A DNA stretch of 63,780 bases, counting the filler, from Nemertoderma westbladi (taxonomy: Eukaryota; Animalia; Xenacoelomorpha), in assembly GCA_032718475.1 (NCBI GenBank). It is 4 parts of 4 records of this genome, joined end to end, with 100 filler letters (N's around TTAATTAATTAA, not from the genome) between each part and the next. Parts side by side here need not be neighbours in the genome. Positions count along the whole stretch, not along the records: positions 1 to 12,429 come from JAUCBJ010001564.1; positions 12,530 to 28,603 come from JAUCBJ010005439.1; 2 more parts are not named here. One strand, written 5' to 3'. The translations under genes were made by a program, and so were the position numbers. The stretch's first letter is position 1. Every line of letters starts with the position of its first letter. The notes under the pieces were generated by a model, which saw only the letters and a program-made list of their open reading frames with translations, was not told the DNA's origin and searched no databases. Below are positions 11,960 through 23,970 of this stretch, piece after piece.

Positions 11960-12429
11960 ATTTACTCTCTATACAAACGACATTCCAAAAAAAATAAGCA
12001 GCACCACAGATTTGATACAATATGCGGACGATACAGTTATATTTACAACAGACAAAAATCCAAAAAAGCATCACAAAAATTGGAACAGGAAGTTATAAAA
12101 CTAAATGATACATTCAGACTTCACCACCTTAAACTTAATCCATCAAAAACGGAATTCTTACTTTTATCCCCTAAAGAACGAAACACACCTGAACAAATAG
12201 AACTAAATGTTGGAACTGCAATACCGATAAGCCAATCAAAATCAGTAAAGTACTTAGGAGTAGAAATAGATAACAAATTACAATGGAAGAATTATATAGA
12301 TAATATATTACAAAAGATGACCTTGAGCATTTCTAGTTTACGCAGTATTAAGGGGCAATTAACTAATAGAACCAAATTAAATATATACAAAGCTCTAACA
12401 TTACCATATCATAACTACTGTAGTCAATG
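11960..12429 (+). mobile_element. CR1/L2/Jockey-group LINE RT fragment, running into the contig end
   Basis: YTNDIP, QYADDTVIF, LKLNPSKTEFLL and SVKYLGVEIDNKLQWKNYID. Confidence 0.8.
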
Positions 12430-12529
12430 NNNNNNNNNNNNNNNNNNNNNNNNNNNNNNNNNNNNNNNNNNNNTTAATTAATTAANNNNNNNNNNNNNNN
12501 NNNNNNNNNNNNNNNNNNNNNNNNNNNNN
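12430..12529. other. Artificial contig linker
   Basis: 44 N + TTAATTAATTAA (stops in all six frames) + 44 N. Confidence 0.97.
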
Positions 12530-14369
12530 TCTGGAATATTTCGCTCGGAGTCCAGGGTATGCACTGTCTCATGGACTGTTCTGCTGGGCACAGGTAGCTT
12601 AGTGCTGTGCAAAGGGAATTGGGAAGTAGGTTCAGGGAGTACAGGCGTCCCTACGACCGAAAGGGTAGCTTCGGGAACAGGCCTAATTATTTCAGGCTCA
12701 TCTACTATAGTAGGGAGTCTCTCTATTGTAATTATTTGGTCTGTGGGTTCTGTACTACCTACTTTGGTGTTATTTAGTTGCCTTCTAACAGCTGGAGGCA
12801 AATCAGGCAATTTCTGCCGGTGGAATGTTCTTTTACGTCTGCTTAGACGAGATCGATTTCTTCCGCCTTCAGTGTCGGTGGTATCGCCTTCCTCAGATGA
12901 TGTATATCCCTGTCGTTTGGGAGTAGATCGATTCATCATCTGCATATTACTAGCTGCTAACTGTTTACTGAAGTCGTCTTGCTTCTCTTGAAGATTTTCC
13001 AACTCCAGTTGGATGATCTCTTCAGCCGCTTTTCGTTCTACTTCCGCCACTGCTGCCGCTTTTGCCTCTGTTCGTTCTGCTTCCGCCACTGTTCGTTCTG
13101 CTTCCGCCACTGCTGCCGCTTTTGCCGCTGCCGCTGCCGCTTTTGCCTCTGCCGCTGCCGCTTTTCTTTCTGCCTCTGCCACTACTGCTATCTTTCTGTC
13201 TTCTATACGCTTTTTCCTTACTTGTTCTTCCCTTTCTCTAGCGATGCGGAGTTGTTCACATCGAATTTAGCTTGGTTCGCAGCTAACCTATCCACATCAA
13301 TCGCATCTAACACAAGTTTGGCTCCTTCGCTATTAGGGCTAAGTCCCTCTAGCCTTCTCCTCAACTCTTCATCTCCCACAAAACGCTGATAGTCTGACAG
13401 ATAGATATCAATGGCATCCTTCTTATGCGGTTTCTCTGCCGTCGCTTCACTTTCCACTTGGGAAAAAGTAGCGTCTGTTGATTCTCCATGGGTTGAGCGC
13501 TCCTCCAACTGAGCCTTCCACTGAGCTGCTCCTTGAACCTGGCGACTCACCCGTTGAAACCAAGTCTTTACGGCAACTTGCAACGAAGTGTCTTGTCTTC
13601 TTTTAGAAGCCTCCTCAAAGGCGGATAAGATTAGCCTAATTCGTAGAACTCTTTCTCTAACTTGATAAAGCAGCGATCCCTGCTCTTGAGGTCCTTGAGG
13701 TTGTTGAAACAGTTGTCTCTCTACTCGCTCCATAGAGCTGAAGAATCCCTGGGCGTATCCGGCTGCGTACCTCTTCCATACAGCTGGATCGATGGTCTCC
13801 TTGGCTACTCCCATCCGGTGTATGTCTTCCCAGGCAGCTTCTGATAAATCAAACGGGAGTCCGGGTCCGGGGAAGTTCCATTGCGACTCGACAATAGACT
13901 TCAGTTCTTCACTAGTGTATCCCGCGTAGCTATCTCTAGTTGACCGTTGACTTCTCGCCCAATCGATCTGGTGTTCTTCCACCGCGATCAATAACCCAGC
14001 GAGCACGGCTGCAGGAAGGATGAGAAGGGGATCCGTATAAACCGCATCCGTCATCTCTGCTCCGCTCTCGGGTGTCAGCTCTACAGTATCCTCACTACTG
14101 GAGCTGCTGGGCCGCTGAGGAATAAGTTCTTGACTAGTGGGTTGTTGCTGTTCCGCTGCCTTTTGGTCCCGCTTGACCTGAGCTCGAGTGCCTATGATAG
14201 ACCTACGATGTTGGACCAGCCTAGGTTCTGTTATTACTACTGGAGGGATGACCTTCCTCACAGTGGGAGGTGAACTGGATTTACGACCAGACGGTTGTAC
14301 GTCTCTATCTGAGTCGCAGATAGTTACATCTAATAAACTGTCTGACAGGTTCTGCTTAGTATCAGACAT
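12530..14369 (-). mobile_element. Long intronless coiled-coil ORF with one frameshift near 13265; probably the N-terminal part of a retrotransposon gag
   Basis: The 383-aa ORF continues after a 1-nt slip as IRCEQLRIAREREEQVRKKRIEDRK-AEAERKAAAAEAK. It has an Ala/Glu/Lys coiled coil and a Pro-rich tail, like the BEL gag at 43316-47530. No catalytic motif appears before the contig end. Confidence 0.45.
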
Positions 14370-15689
14370 GACTAGGTATGTACAGTTGAATGCCTACTGC
14401 TATATTACAGTCTAAGCAAGTCTAGTAACTCAGTATGAACTGCTAGCCTAGTAATTAATTACCGTTACTGCTACTCAGTGTAGCGTAATATATATATAAT
14501 ATATTAGAATACCGGTATACTTATAGTATATATAACTATATAAGTATTATTACAGACTAGGTTTATCACAGAATACCGGAATAAATTTAGCACAAATATA
14601 TATAAATATATAATAGGCCTATCGGAATACCGGTATACAGCTTACAGTTTGTAGGATATATAATTCTGAAATAGAATTAATTACAAGTACCGGTATAATT
14701 TCAGCCTAGATTTATAGAAATAAAGATAATAGGCCTATCGTAAATACCGGTATATCAATTATTTCAAATAATTGAATTTCTGTTACTTTAGGGTTACTTT
14801 GTTACTTTACTTACTTTATTACCGTTATTTGAGCAGTAGTCCAACTGATATTGAGACCTAATGGTTGTATGGTAGGCCTACGATTTATAAATCGTTAGAT
14901 TTGATTTATAATATATATATACCCGTTTTAATGGGTTTTGTCAATGTTTGAAATAAATGTTATTATTTCTGGGGAGTAATCACTACACAAAGCGGTGCGC
15001 TTTCAATGAAGTGTTACTTATGAGACACTAAAACAAATAATACTAATTTACCTAAGTTACTTAATACTACAAATTACGTACAATTCGGGTGAGATTACAA
15101 TCTCTAAATAAACACAAAAATTTACAAAAACACAAATACGAATTTTTAGGGTAATTTTACAAGAAATCTACAAACCAGCCTAACAAAGGGTTAGATAACC
15201 GGTTATTACAACGGACAGAGTACTACGGTATTTGAAATAATAAGTAGTAGTAAATACACTGCGTTGTCTAGATAGGAAAATACCACCGCCTGACGACCTA
15301 TAGCCGTATCGCTATAGGTTCTACGTTATGTATCACGGAGTGTTCCTACCTAGAAGTTAATAGAGCTAATCGAATGTGCCTATCAACCACTTTACAACAC
15401 AAATATAATGCCTACAATAATTACTTCGGAAAGTACTGTACACTAAACCCTAAATTAGGTACGAGTACTTGTACAACAAATAATCAGTAGTTAAATATAC
15501 TTGAACAGCTAAAAGAACCACGGCATCTGCTGGAGTGACCGATGCACAAAATCACCAGTCTTTACCTACGCCAAGCAGCCCGTGTAGTACCGAGGTTAAT
15601 TTAACTATAGCGGTATGTATAACAAACACAATTACTGTAGGAACAAACTTGGGGACTTGAATGTTGCGAATAATCGCATAAACTCTGAA

Positions 15690-16260
15690 TAATAAATATT
15701 ACGCTACGCGTACAAACTACTCAAACAAAATACAGACCGAACACTGACAGACTACTATCAAGCCTAAACAAACTACGGTATATGCAGACTCCGAAATGAT
15801 TAGGGAGTATGCGCTCTAACCCAGTAGTGCGACTTATTCTTTAGTTGGGGGTTTACCTTACAGCGTTCGCTGCCCCTACTGCCTAATCGTACTTAATCGG
15901 ACAGATGATCTACACACGCGGCAATCCGTTCAGACTTAATAACAGCCAGACAACTATCCAGCCTACAAATTATTTAAATAAAATTATACGCTACCCGTAC
16001 AGACTTACACAAACAAAGTACAGACTAAACGATGGCAGACTACTCTCAAGCCTAAATAAACTACAGGACATGCAGACTCCGAAATGATTAGGGAGTATGC
16101 GCTCTAACCCAGTAGTGCGACTTATTCTTTAGTTGGGGGTTTACCTTACCGCATTGGCTGCCCCTACTTCCTAACCGTACTTAATCGGACAAGTGCTCTA
16201 CACACACTGTAATCCGTTCAGACTTAACAGCAATCAGACAACAGCTCAGCCTACAAATTG
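15690..16260. repeat. Direct duplication with a period of about 288 bp, in the putative 5' leader of the element above
   Basis: GCAGACTCCGAAATGATTAGGGAGTATGCGCTCTAACCCAGTAGTGCGAC occurs at 15784 and 16072. Confidence 0.9.
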
Positions 16261-18427
16261 TCTGTACAATCTGATCAGGTTTACACGCCTTCTGTTCAAT
16301 ACTGGCCTACAAACAAATAAAACTTGACAGAAATAAGTAAAAATCTCAATAAAAAAACCAGGGCTGCAGTCCCTGATTAATTATTAAGGCCTACTGGTAT
16401 ATAATAATCAAAATCGAATAATACTGCTGTAGGTACCGGTCCGGATGATCAGGCAGTCAGGCCTACTGGTTACCGGTCGACCGGTACTTTCGACTTTATT
16501 GCTTACTGCAATAAAGAAGCTATATCCTTTAATGTTCGCGCTTTCAGACCTTTGGCAGTTTAACCCACCAAATTAAGATGTCTTCTAGATATTAAATCAG
16601 TTTTTAGTCTTTGACAAGTATTTGATTCACTACACTAGTCGAAACCAATCCGTGCGCGACCATTCACCCGCTGGAGATTCCCGGGAGATTGGGTTCGACG
16701 GTTTAATTTTATTGCTATGTAAGCCTAATGTATTATTCGACTGACAGTATTATATAATCTCTGACAATATTATTTACCTTCGGGAATATTAACAGTTCCT
16801 TTAGGACGTGGCGCTTTATCTATATAAACAGAGTTATGACTTAAACTACTCACAACGATATGGCTTAATTATAATTCACATATATGGCGCATTCTTTAGG
16901 AATTGCTTCTTTAACAGACTCGCTCATACGCAATGCTGCACAATACTGCACACTAATCTGCCAATCTTCACTGATTTTAGTCACATATAAAAGGAACACA
17001 GGCTGACTCATGTAGGGTCTATCAAATAACATTAGATTCACTTCAAACCACTTTAACATAAGTCACAATCGTTATTGGTAACCTTTCTCTCTTACCTTCG
17101 GTATATCAAGAATATTGGGTTTCGGGGTTATTTATCGTTATTCCAAATATAATAATTCATCAACCATATTATGAAGAACTGACAGTAAATAGCAGTATAA
17201 AACAACAATGAAAACACTGATTGTTATGAGTTTGCAATGTTTCAGCAGTCAGGATGTATGATCAGTCAGCAGTCCGTACTGCAGTCCGTTAAAGGATATA
17301 TGTCCTTGTAATTAAACCTACTAGTGCAAGACTAAAAACAGTAAAAGCACAAAATACTTCCAAGCCGTTCTTTCTTTGGCTCAGGACTGAATGTAAAACA
17401 CTGCACATAGGCATTGCGTCATTTCTCGGAAATTTTCTGTACAAGGAGCCACAAAAACGCTCTAATTGGCTAACTGAACTGAGAGACGCCGTAGAACAAA
17501 GGAAATCAACACGTATGAATGTCAGCTGTTAACCGTAGTCATAGTAACTACTGTTCAAGAGTAGCTATCACCCCTTTGCGTCACGAATTGCCATAGAATC
17601 ATAAAATATGCCTTTCACAGTACACATACAGAGGAAATAGGTCTTAGATCCTCTAAAAACACCGATACAGCAATAATACGGTCTCTTACACTTATTAAAT
17701 CAACTACATAGTATTTTAATGTAAAAGATAATAAAAATAACGGGGCAATTCAGCAAAGGCTTTTACAATAATCTATACTCAACTAACGCAATAATCACGA
17801 AGGCAAGTAAGCCTACACCAAGCAATAATATTACTGCTAAATACCACTAGAAACTCACCAAACATTAAATCAAATATTCCCTAATCACACACTCTCTAAA
17901 ATACATTTAACTTTAGCATAAATAAATATAATAAATCAATGTAAGATACTTTATGGAAATAATTCATCTAAATAATCAACAATATTAACATAAAAATATG
18001 ACGCCTAAATCACTATAATATTATCAAATAAATTAATGCAAGATAATATGACGTTACGCAATTCACAAACGTTCTATATAAGCTCCAGTCGCGATACTAA
18101 GGAATTTTACACGTCGTCTTTTTGCAAGGTGTAAAATTGGAATAAACTACACTTATATGCAGAGATTGGATCTCCTAAATCTAAAATCTTTGCAGGAGCG
18201 TCGTATAACCTATGACCTAAAGATGACGTATGCTATTATTCATAAGTTATCATTTCGTTTCATTCGTTAATTGTAACGATTTTTTTCAAACCGGGTTGTC
18301 CCTATATTTGGAACAGCTTACCTTCATCGTTAGTGGAAGCCAAATCAAAGAGCGAATTTTCATTTAAATTAAAAAAACAATCTTATTCGCTTTTGTTCAT
18401 TTGATGGTGCACAATGATTTTTATCGT

Positions 18428-18640
18428 TGTACATTTTAATATTTGTGTAAATTTTAATATTTGTGTAAATTTTAATATTTGTGTAAATTTTAATATTTGT
18501 GTAAATTTTAATATTTGTGTAAATTTTGATATTTGTGTAAATTTTAATATTTGTGTAAATTTTGATATTTGTGTAAATTTTAACATTTGTGTAATTTTAA
18601 TTATTTGTTTAAATTTAATTATTTGAGTATATTTTATTAA
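18428..18640. repeat. 18-bp tandem repeat (AATTTTAATATTTGTGTA), about 11 copies
   Basis: Direct inspection; it explains the spurious ORFs at 18383-18652 and 18414-18626. Confidence 0.95.
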
Positions 18641-18866
18641 TTGCCACTTCATATGTACTCCAGCTCTATATTATTAGGGTGAACATTATGTACTGTAGGT
18701 TATCTTAAGTGCATTTATTATTGCCTGATAACTTCTCCCGTTATTACAAATTTAATATTTTACTGTACTATGTTGAATTTAGATATTGAATAAATAAATA
18801 AATAGTTTACCGGTAGTTTCCTTATAAATATAATTGAAAGCTCATTTTGCTCCAGATTCACTCTTA

Positions 18867-20048
18867 CAGTCCGTATCTCATTCTAGATACTGTTTCTCAA
18901 ACTGGGTACCTTTTCTCTTACCTCACTCTTACTAACTCAAACCTGTCTGGTTTACTCAAACCCAACTCAAACTCGCGTAACCCCCCATTGTGCACTGCGT
19001 AGCATTCATACAACAAGCTGTCTGTGTTTAATGGTCCACTCGCTTCTGTTATACTCTGCCTACGGGTAATTGATGGTCTCCTGCTGTTATAACATTCCCT
19101 AAACTTGATTTGTTTGTGTGTAATTAACTCCGGTAGACAGCGAGAATTAACTTGCAGACTCAGTGACTCAATTTATTTTTAAATTTCAGAATAAAAAAAA
19201 TTATATGCTAAATTATTAAACTGAAGATTTATTAATTTTTTATTACATTTTCTGTTAGTATTACATCGTCAATGTTGTTGAATGTTTCTAATGTTTAACT
19301 TTAATGTTTTACTAATGATTTACTAATGTTTAATTATCTATTACATCGTCAACACAATTATTCGCAATACATCCGGGTGTGGGGTGGGTATCCCGGGCAA
19401 AGGGGTCAAAGGAAACCTCTGTAATTATAGACAGGCCCATATTTATGAGAGGGGGGGGGGGGGGGGGGGGGGGGTAGTGGGTTGGTGCGAGGTCCCCTAT
19501 GTACTAATAATTCTTAATTAACCATTATATTTTTAAACTGATATGTCTTGTAAGGCACCAATTGACATCAAACAGACAGACAACAGAGCACCAATTTCCC
19601 CCAACAATATTCCCAGAATTAAAACTTTCTCTACAAACAGACCGAGCCAGTGTGGTTTAGTTAACAACATACATTTAGTAAAGCCCACAAAGGAACTGCG
19701 TGATTGACATGTCTTTTATGAGACACACGCTAGCCGGCCTGCCCAGCTTACCGGTCGGCCAAGCAGCAGACAGAGGCCCCTTCCCCATGTGGTGCCTCAC
19801 TCAACCAGAGTAATTATCCATCCCGTACAGGAAGAGTAATGCTGAGTATGGCACAGTTGGAAGTCAACCTAACTCAAACCATGGCGCCAGACTCTAGTTT
19901 GAGTTAGATTGAGCTGGCTGCATCTTTCTGATTTCTCAACTATTACCCCAGTCTTACCTACTGAAATTCTCCGTTGACTATCATTAGTAAAAGGTTTGAG
20001 AAATGATACCCAGTTTGAGAAATAATATTCAGAATGAGATAGGGACTG
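18867..20048. mobile_element. Non-autonomous TIR DNA transposon (Tc1/mariner/pogo-like ends) with TA TSD
   Basis: TA|CAGTCCGTATCTCATTCTAGATACTGTTTCTCAAACTGGGTA ... TACCCAGTTTGAGAAATAATATTCAGAATGAGATAGGGACTG|TA. Subterminal AACTCAAAC motifs; no transposase ORF. Confidence 0.82.
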
Positions 20049-20615
20049 TATGGCGAATTAATATCTCGACCAATGTTAGTAATCCATTAAGGATCAGGTT
20101 ACAGTGGCATGTTATTCTAACCCAAAGCAATAAACGAAAGTCAATAGTTATAAATAACATATTGAACTACTTTTCAATTTAAAAAATTGGAATAATTGGC
20201 CGCAACAGCCACCATAATAAACATGTGGTATAATTAGTTACCATGATTTTTCCACTTTATTGTGAGTTTTCCACTTTATGAGTTATTTTGTCTGATTTTG
20301 TTGTGATTTGGGTGTTTAGACGGACCGTTTGACGGACCGTTTAGATCATAGTAAGAACTGAAAGTACCGGTAGGCCTACCGCTTACCAGTACCAGTAGTG
20401 CAGTACAGTATGGTACTTCTGTACTTAGCTGAACAAACCTTAGGCGTGTACCACACCACCGTGCACTGGCCAACCGCAGCCGGTGCGGTCTGGGCTGGCG
20501 GTACCTGTAATTTAATAAATCTCATACAGTCATAATTCAGTAGGCCTAGCCTAACTCAGTACAGCAGTAACTAGTCAAATTAGTAATTTTTCTGTTTTCA
20601 AATCATACTGATAAA

Positions 20616-21578
20616 ATGGACGATCCGTCCACCGAGGAACTAATCGACGTAAGTAAACTAAAAGTCGCCGAACTGAAGCGGGAACTTCAGCTTCGGAGCT
20701 TATCAACCGAGGGCAAAAAGGCGGAGTTGCTGGAACGGCTTATCAGCTACACCCGGGGGGATGTGTCGGTCAATGCACCGGCACCCGAAACCTCCGTGGT
20801 GGAAGAGGTTAGAGTTCCTTCCGATATATCCTTAGAAGACGAGGAAGAGGCTCTTCTCAGTCTAGAAGAAAGTAAGTTGTTAGACGAATCAAGCGTTTTA
20901 GAGTCTGTTACTGGCCAGTCTATCGTTAAAGAAACACATGTTTTGGATATTTTTAGCGAGTCGTCTGCTCCTACTAAACCCCCGGTTAGCGAATCCGCTC
21001 AAGAAATCCCGTCTAATAAAGTAATAAACCCGTCGAATAAAGTAATTTCTCTAAAACGCGGAAACCCTTTAGGTTCGCGGCTTCTCTCCTCGCCCGCGAC
21101 GGAAGCCAAACTCGCGCGGCTCCATAAGTTCGATAAGGCGGTGCAACGGTGTACACCGGTGGCGGTGCAACCCGCATCGTCCGGGCTAGTCGGATCCCGC
21201 AGTCTGCGGGAATCCGCGGAGCAGCGGAAAATTGCCCGGGCGGAGCGGTTCTCCACCGGCAGTAAGTCGGTGTCATCAACCGGAAGTAAACCGACGCCAT
21301 CAACCGGAAGTAAATCAACGTCCTCTACCGGAAGTAAACTCGAGCAACGTCAGCAGCGATTCGGCGCAGTCGTCACCGCCGGTACCCTCACCACCAGCGG
21401 TGCACTCTCCACCACCAGCGGTGCACCCACCACCACCACCAGCTCACTGGTGTCCCCCCAACCCCGAGATAAACTTACTTCCCGTGCGGACCGTTTCAAC
21501 ATACCAAAGACTGCGTTGCCCCAACAACAACGAATCAAACAACGCGCATCTCGCTTCGGTTTAGTCGCCGCGAAGTAA
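20616..21578 (+). CDS. SARNP: SAP-domain ribonucleoprotein (SARNP/CIP29/Tho1/MOS11 family), single coding exon, 320 aa
   Basis: N-terminal SAP domain (SKLKVAELKRELQLRSLSTEGKKAELLERL), an acidic linker, and repeated RxxRF motifs (RAERF, RQQRFG, RADRFN, RASRFG), the last at the C-terminus. Confidence 0.88.
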   Translation: MDDPSTEELIDVSKLKVAELKRELQLRSLSTEGKKAELLERLISYTRGDVSVNAPAPETSVVEEVRVPSDISLEDEEEALLSLEESKLLDESSVLESVTGQSIVKETHVLDIFSESSAPTKPPVSESAQEIPSNKVINPSNKVISLKRGNPLGSRLLSSPATEAKLARLHKFDKAVQRCTPVAVQPASSGLVGSRSLRESAEQRKIARAERFSTGSKSVSSTGSKPTPSTGSKSTSSTGSKLEQRQQRFGAVVTAGTLTTSGALSTTSGAPTTTTSSLVSPQPRDKLTSRADRFNIPKTALPQQQRIKQRASRFGLVAAK

Positions 21579-21880
21579 ACGAGTTTGTTGTTTACTAATG
21601 TTGTATATAATATAAACTAATACTAACTAACTATATGATTGTATTTCTAAGGGATTTTATAAACTTCTATGGGATTATTAACTCTGTAGCTGACAAATAA
21701 ACTCCCGTATTTCATTCTCACAATTAGTTTTATTTACGTTTGTTTCAGTTAGTTTTATTTTACTTTTAGTTTATTAAATAAATAACTGTGGCACATCAAG
21801 TTATCTATCTCCTATTTGTTTGGTGTTTATGTGAAATAATAAAGATTTATTATATTTTAACATTTTTTAACTGCGTTCAG

Positions 21881-21967
21881 GTTCTCTATCGGATGGGTAT
21901 GTAGTGGAGTCGACCTGCTAAGAGTTCCATTGGTTGGTGTAACACAAGCAACTGCTCTGAGACAAAG
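21881..21967 (+). other. Candidate internal exon of an unidentified transcript (87 bp, phase 2-2)
   Basis: TTCAG| acceptor and AG|GTAAAT donor; one open frame, FSIGWVCSGVDLLRVPLVGVTQATALRQR. Confidence 0.35.
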
Positions 21968-22539
21968 GTAAATAAATATACCAAATAACTTTCCAAATGA
22001 TCCCAATATTTATTCAAGCATTTTTTTTCATTCAGTTTACTATCCTAAGAACGACTATATTGACTCAAGACACAACCTATGTTTTATAACAACCCTAGAG
22101 ACCTACAATATTATTCGATAATTTTGTAACCAATAGTAAGAAAATTGAAAGTACGTCACCCACATTTCCATGGGAACGGATAGATTTGTATTTCTCACTC
22201 AAACAATTTAATTGTAACTCCAGACATGCAATAGGTACAGTAGGGTTAATTTTAATTATGACAATTATATAAAAATGTCTAAAACTAATTTTTAAACTGT
22301 TTTCGCCATAATCTGTTAAAAGTTTTCTTTGTGAATCAGAGGTTGACAATTTCGGTTAACCTGTCCCCACATCTAAAATGTTACATAACTTTTGTTTTTG
22401 GATGAAATTCTATGAAAACTACAGCTACATCTGTAACCTTACATCTTTAATTTAACCCATATTAAAATGAATGTTGTGCACTTTTTTTAACGTTCTATTA
22501 CTTTTAATATGCGAATTCCATTAAAATATTTTTTTTCAG

Positions 22540-22741
22540 GGGAGTTGATTTAACAAGATTTACTGCCACTTCCAACTCAGTGTGTAACTGGGTGTCTGTC
22601 TGTATGGATCGTTTTTTCACCGACACCTTAGGTGTCATTCACTGCATTAATTACATCCCAAAGGGAAGGATATTGACGAATATCCCTGAGTTACAGTCTA
22701 TTGTATATATTTTTGGAGATATAATCTGTAAAATAATGTAA
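22540..22741 (+). other. Candidate terminal exon of the same unidentified transcript
   Basis: Strong TTTTTTTTCAG| acceptor, phase-compatible with the donor at 21967, followed by 66 open codons to TAA. No family recognised. Confidence 0.35.
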
Positions 22742-22849
22742 AATAGAACCAGAAACATTTATAAATTAAGCACATAAAACATTTCAAAGGTAAACAATAA
22801 TGTATGTAGATGTAGATGTACAGTACAATGTTTATAATGGGGGGCGCTA

Positions 22850-23023
22850 TTAGTCCATCATTAACGAGCGGAAATCCTTCCAGGTTACCATCCCATCCGA
22901 GTCGCCATCTACATCATCAATCATCTCTTCGATATCTTCGTCGGAAAAGTTGTCGCCTAGCCGACGTAGAAGTTGTTTGAGTTCTATAAATGTGATAAAC
23001 CCATCGTTATCAGGGTCAAACAC
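22850..23023 (-). CDS. Calmodulin/troponin-C-like protein, last exon (EF-hands 3 and 4)
   Basis: TTTTCCAG| then VFDPDNDGFITFIELKQLLRRLGDNFSDEDIEEMIDDVDGDSDGMVTWKDFRSLMMD*. Confidence 0.9.
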   Translation of the reverse strand: MFDPDNDGFITFIELKQLLRRLGDNFSDEDIEEMIDDVDGDSDGMVTWKDFRSLMMD

Positions 23024-23793
23024 CTGGAAAAAGTAGTCAGAATGTACTAAAAGTACAAGTTATTTGAGTCAATATATAATTGGCGCAATGTATTCAATAA
23101 CAACAATTATTATAGCCAAATTATCGTCCCTCTATCATGTATAAGTACACTATTTGATTGGTTAATTAGTATGACTACACTGTAACTACTAATAGTATAA
23201 TAGTTAATAACATATTATATAACGAATAGTATAAAATGTTATTAAATATGCGGCCATTGGAACATATATATACTGTATATATATTGGAACAAAAAAAGTG
23301 TACTGAAAATTATTTATTTATTGTCATTATTGAAGGGTTACGTTTTACCAAAATTTTTTGCATCAAATAGCTATTTTTAATATTTTAAAGTGACTGAGTG
23401 GTTTCTATATTTATTTAAAAATATAATTAAAAGTGATGGAACATATATATTGAAACTTATATATTGGAAATTTTATATATATATATTGTAACATATATAC
23501 TTTATTTTTATCAAATTTAGTATGTAGACTTACCCCTTTCGGCGGACTAAATGTCCTGTATTTTCTAATATATAGGATAGTTATTCGTGCAGTTATTAAA
23601 GTGTTTATTTGTAGTTAGGTTTCATTTTTGATAGGAGACTGGATCACATTGTTTCTATATATATATTTCGCCAGTCAGGTTGTACTGTACCCATATTGTT
23701 TCTTATATATTGTAACATATATATGTATTATTATATACTCACATGGTTGTTATCCAAACCCCATTTTCTTTTAATTAATAAATGTAAACAAAC

Positions 23794-23970
23794 CTTAAAG
23801 GCTTCTCTGAGCTGGGCTTCGAAACTTTGGTCTCCATTTTCCTGTTGCTTTTTGTACATAAGTCCACAAAACTCTACGAAATTAATATCTCCGTCACCAT
23901 CCGTATCGGCCTCGTTCATTAGGTCATTGACCTCTGCGTCGGACATCGTCAACCCCATTTGCTGAAACAT
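23794..23970 (-). CDS. Calmodulin/troponin-C-like protein, internal exon (EF-hand 2 and central linker), 177 bp, phase 0-0
   Basis: GGCAG| MFQQMGLTMSDAEVNDLMNEADTDGDGDINFVEFCGLM...QLREAFK |GTTTG. The EF-hand 1 exon was not found in this contig. Confidence 0.9.

Noticed and set aside
12430-12529. TTAATTAATTAA palindrome between N runs as a biological site (also 28604-28703 and 53912-54011)
   Set aside because: Identical 100-bp construct three times, with stops in all six frames: an assembly or concatenation linker. Gene neighbourhoods across it are not evidence of a system.
16638-16701. GTCGAAACCAATC...GATTGGGTTCGAC hairpin with an internal CCA as a tRNA or PBS
   Set aside because: No cloverleaf and no adjacent LTR end; best read as a small palindromic repeat.
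18383-18652. ORFs of (FTQILK)n and (NFNICV)n
   Set aside because: By-products of an 18-bp tandem repeat.
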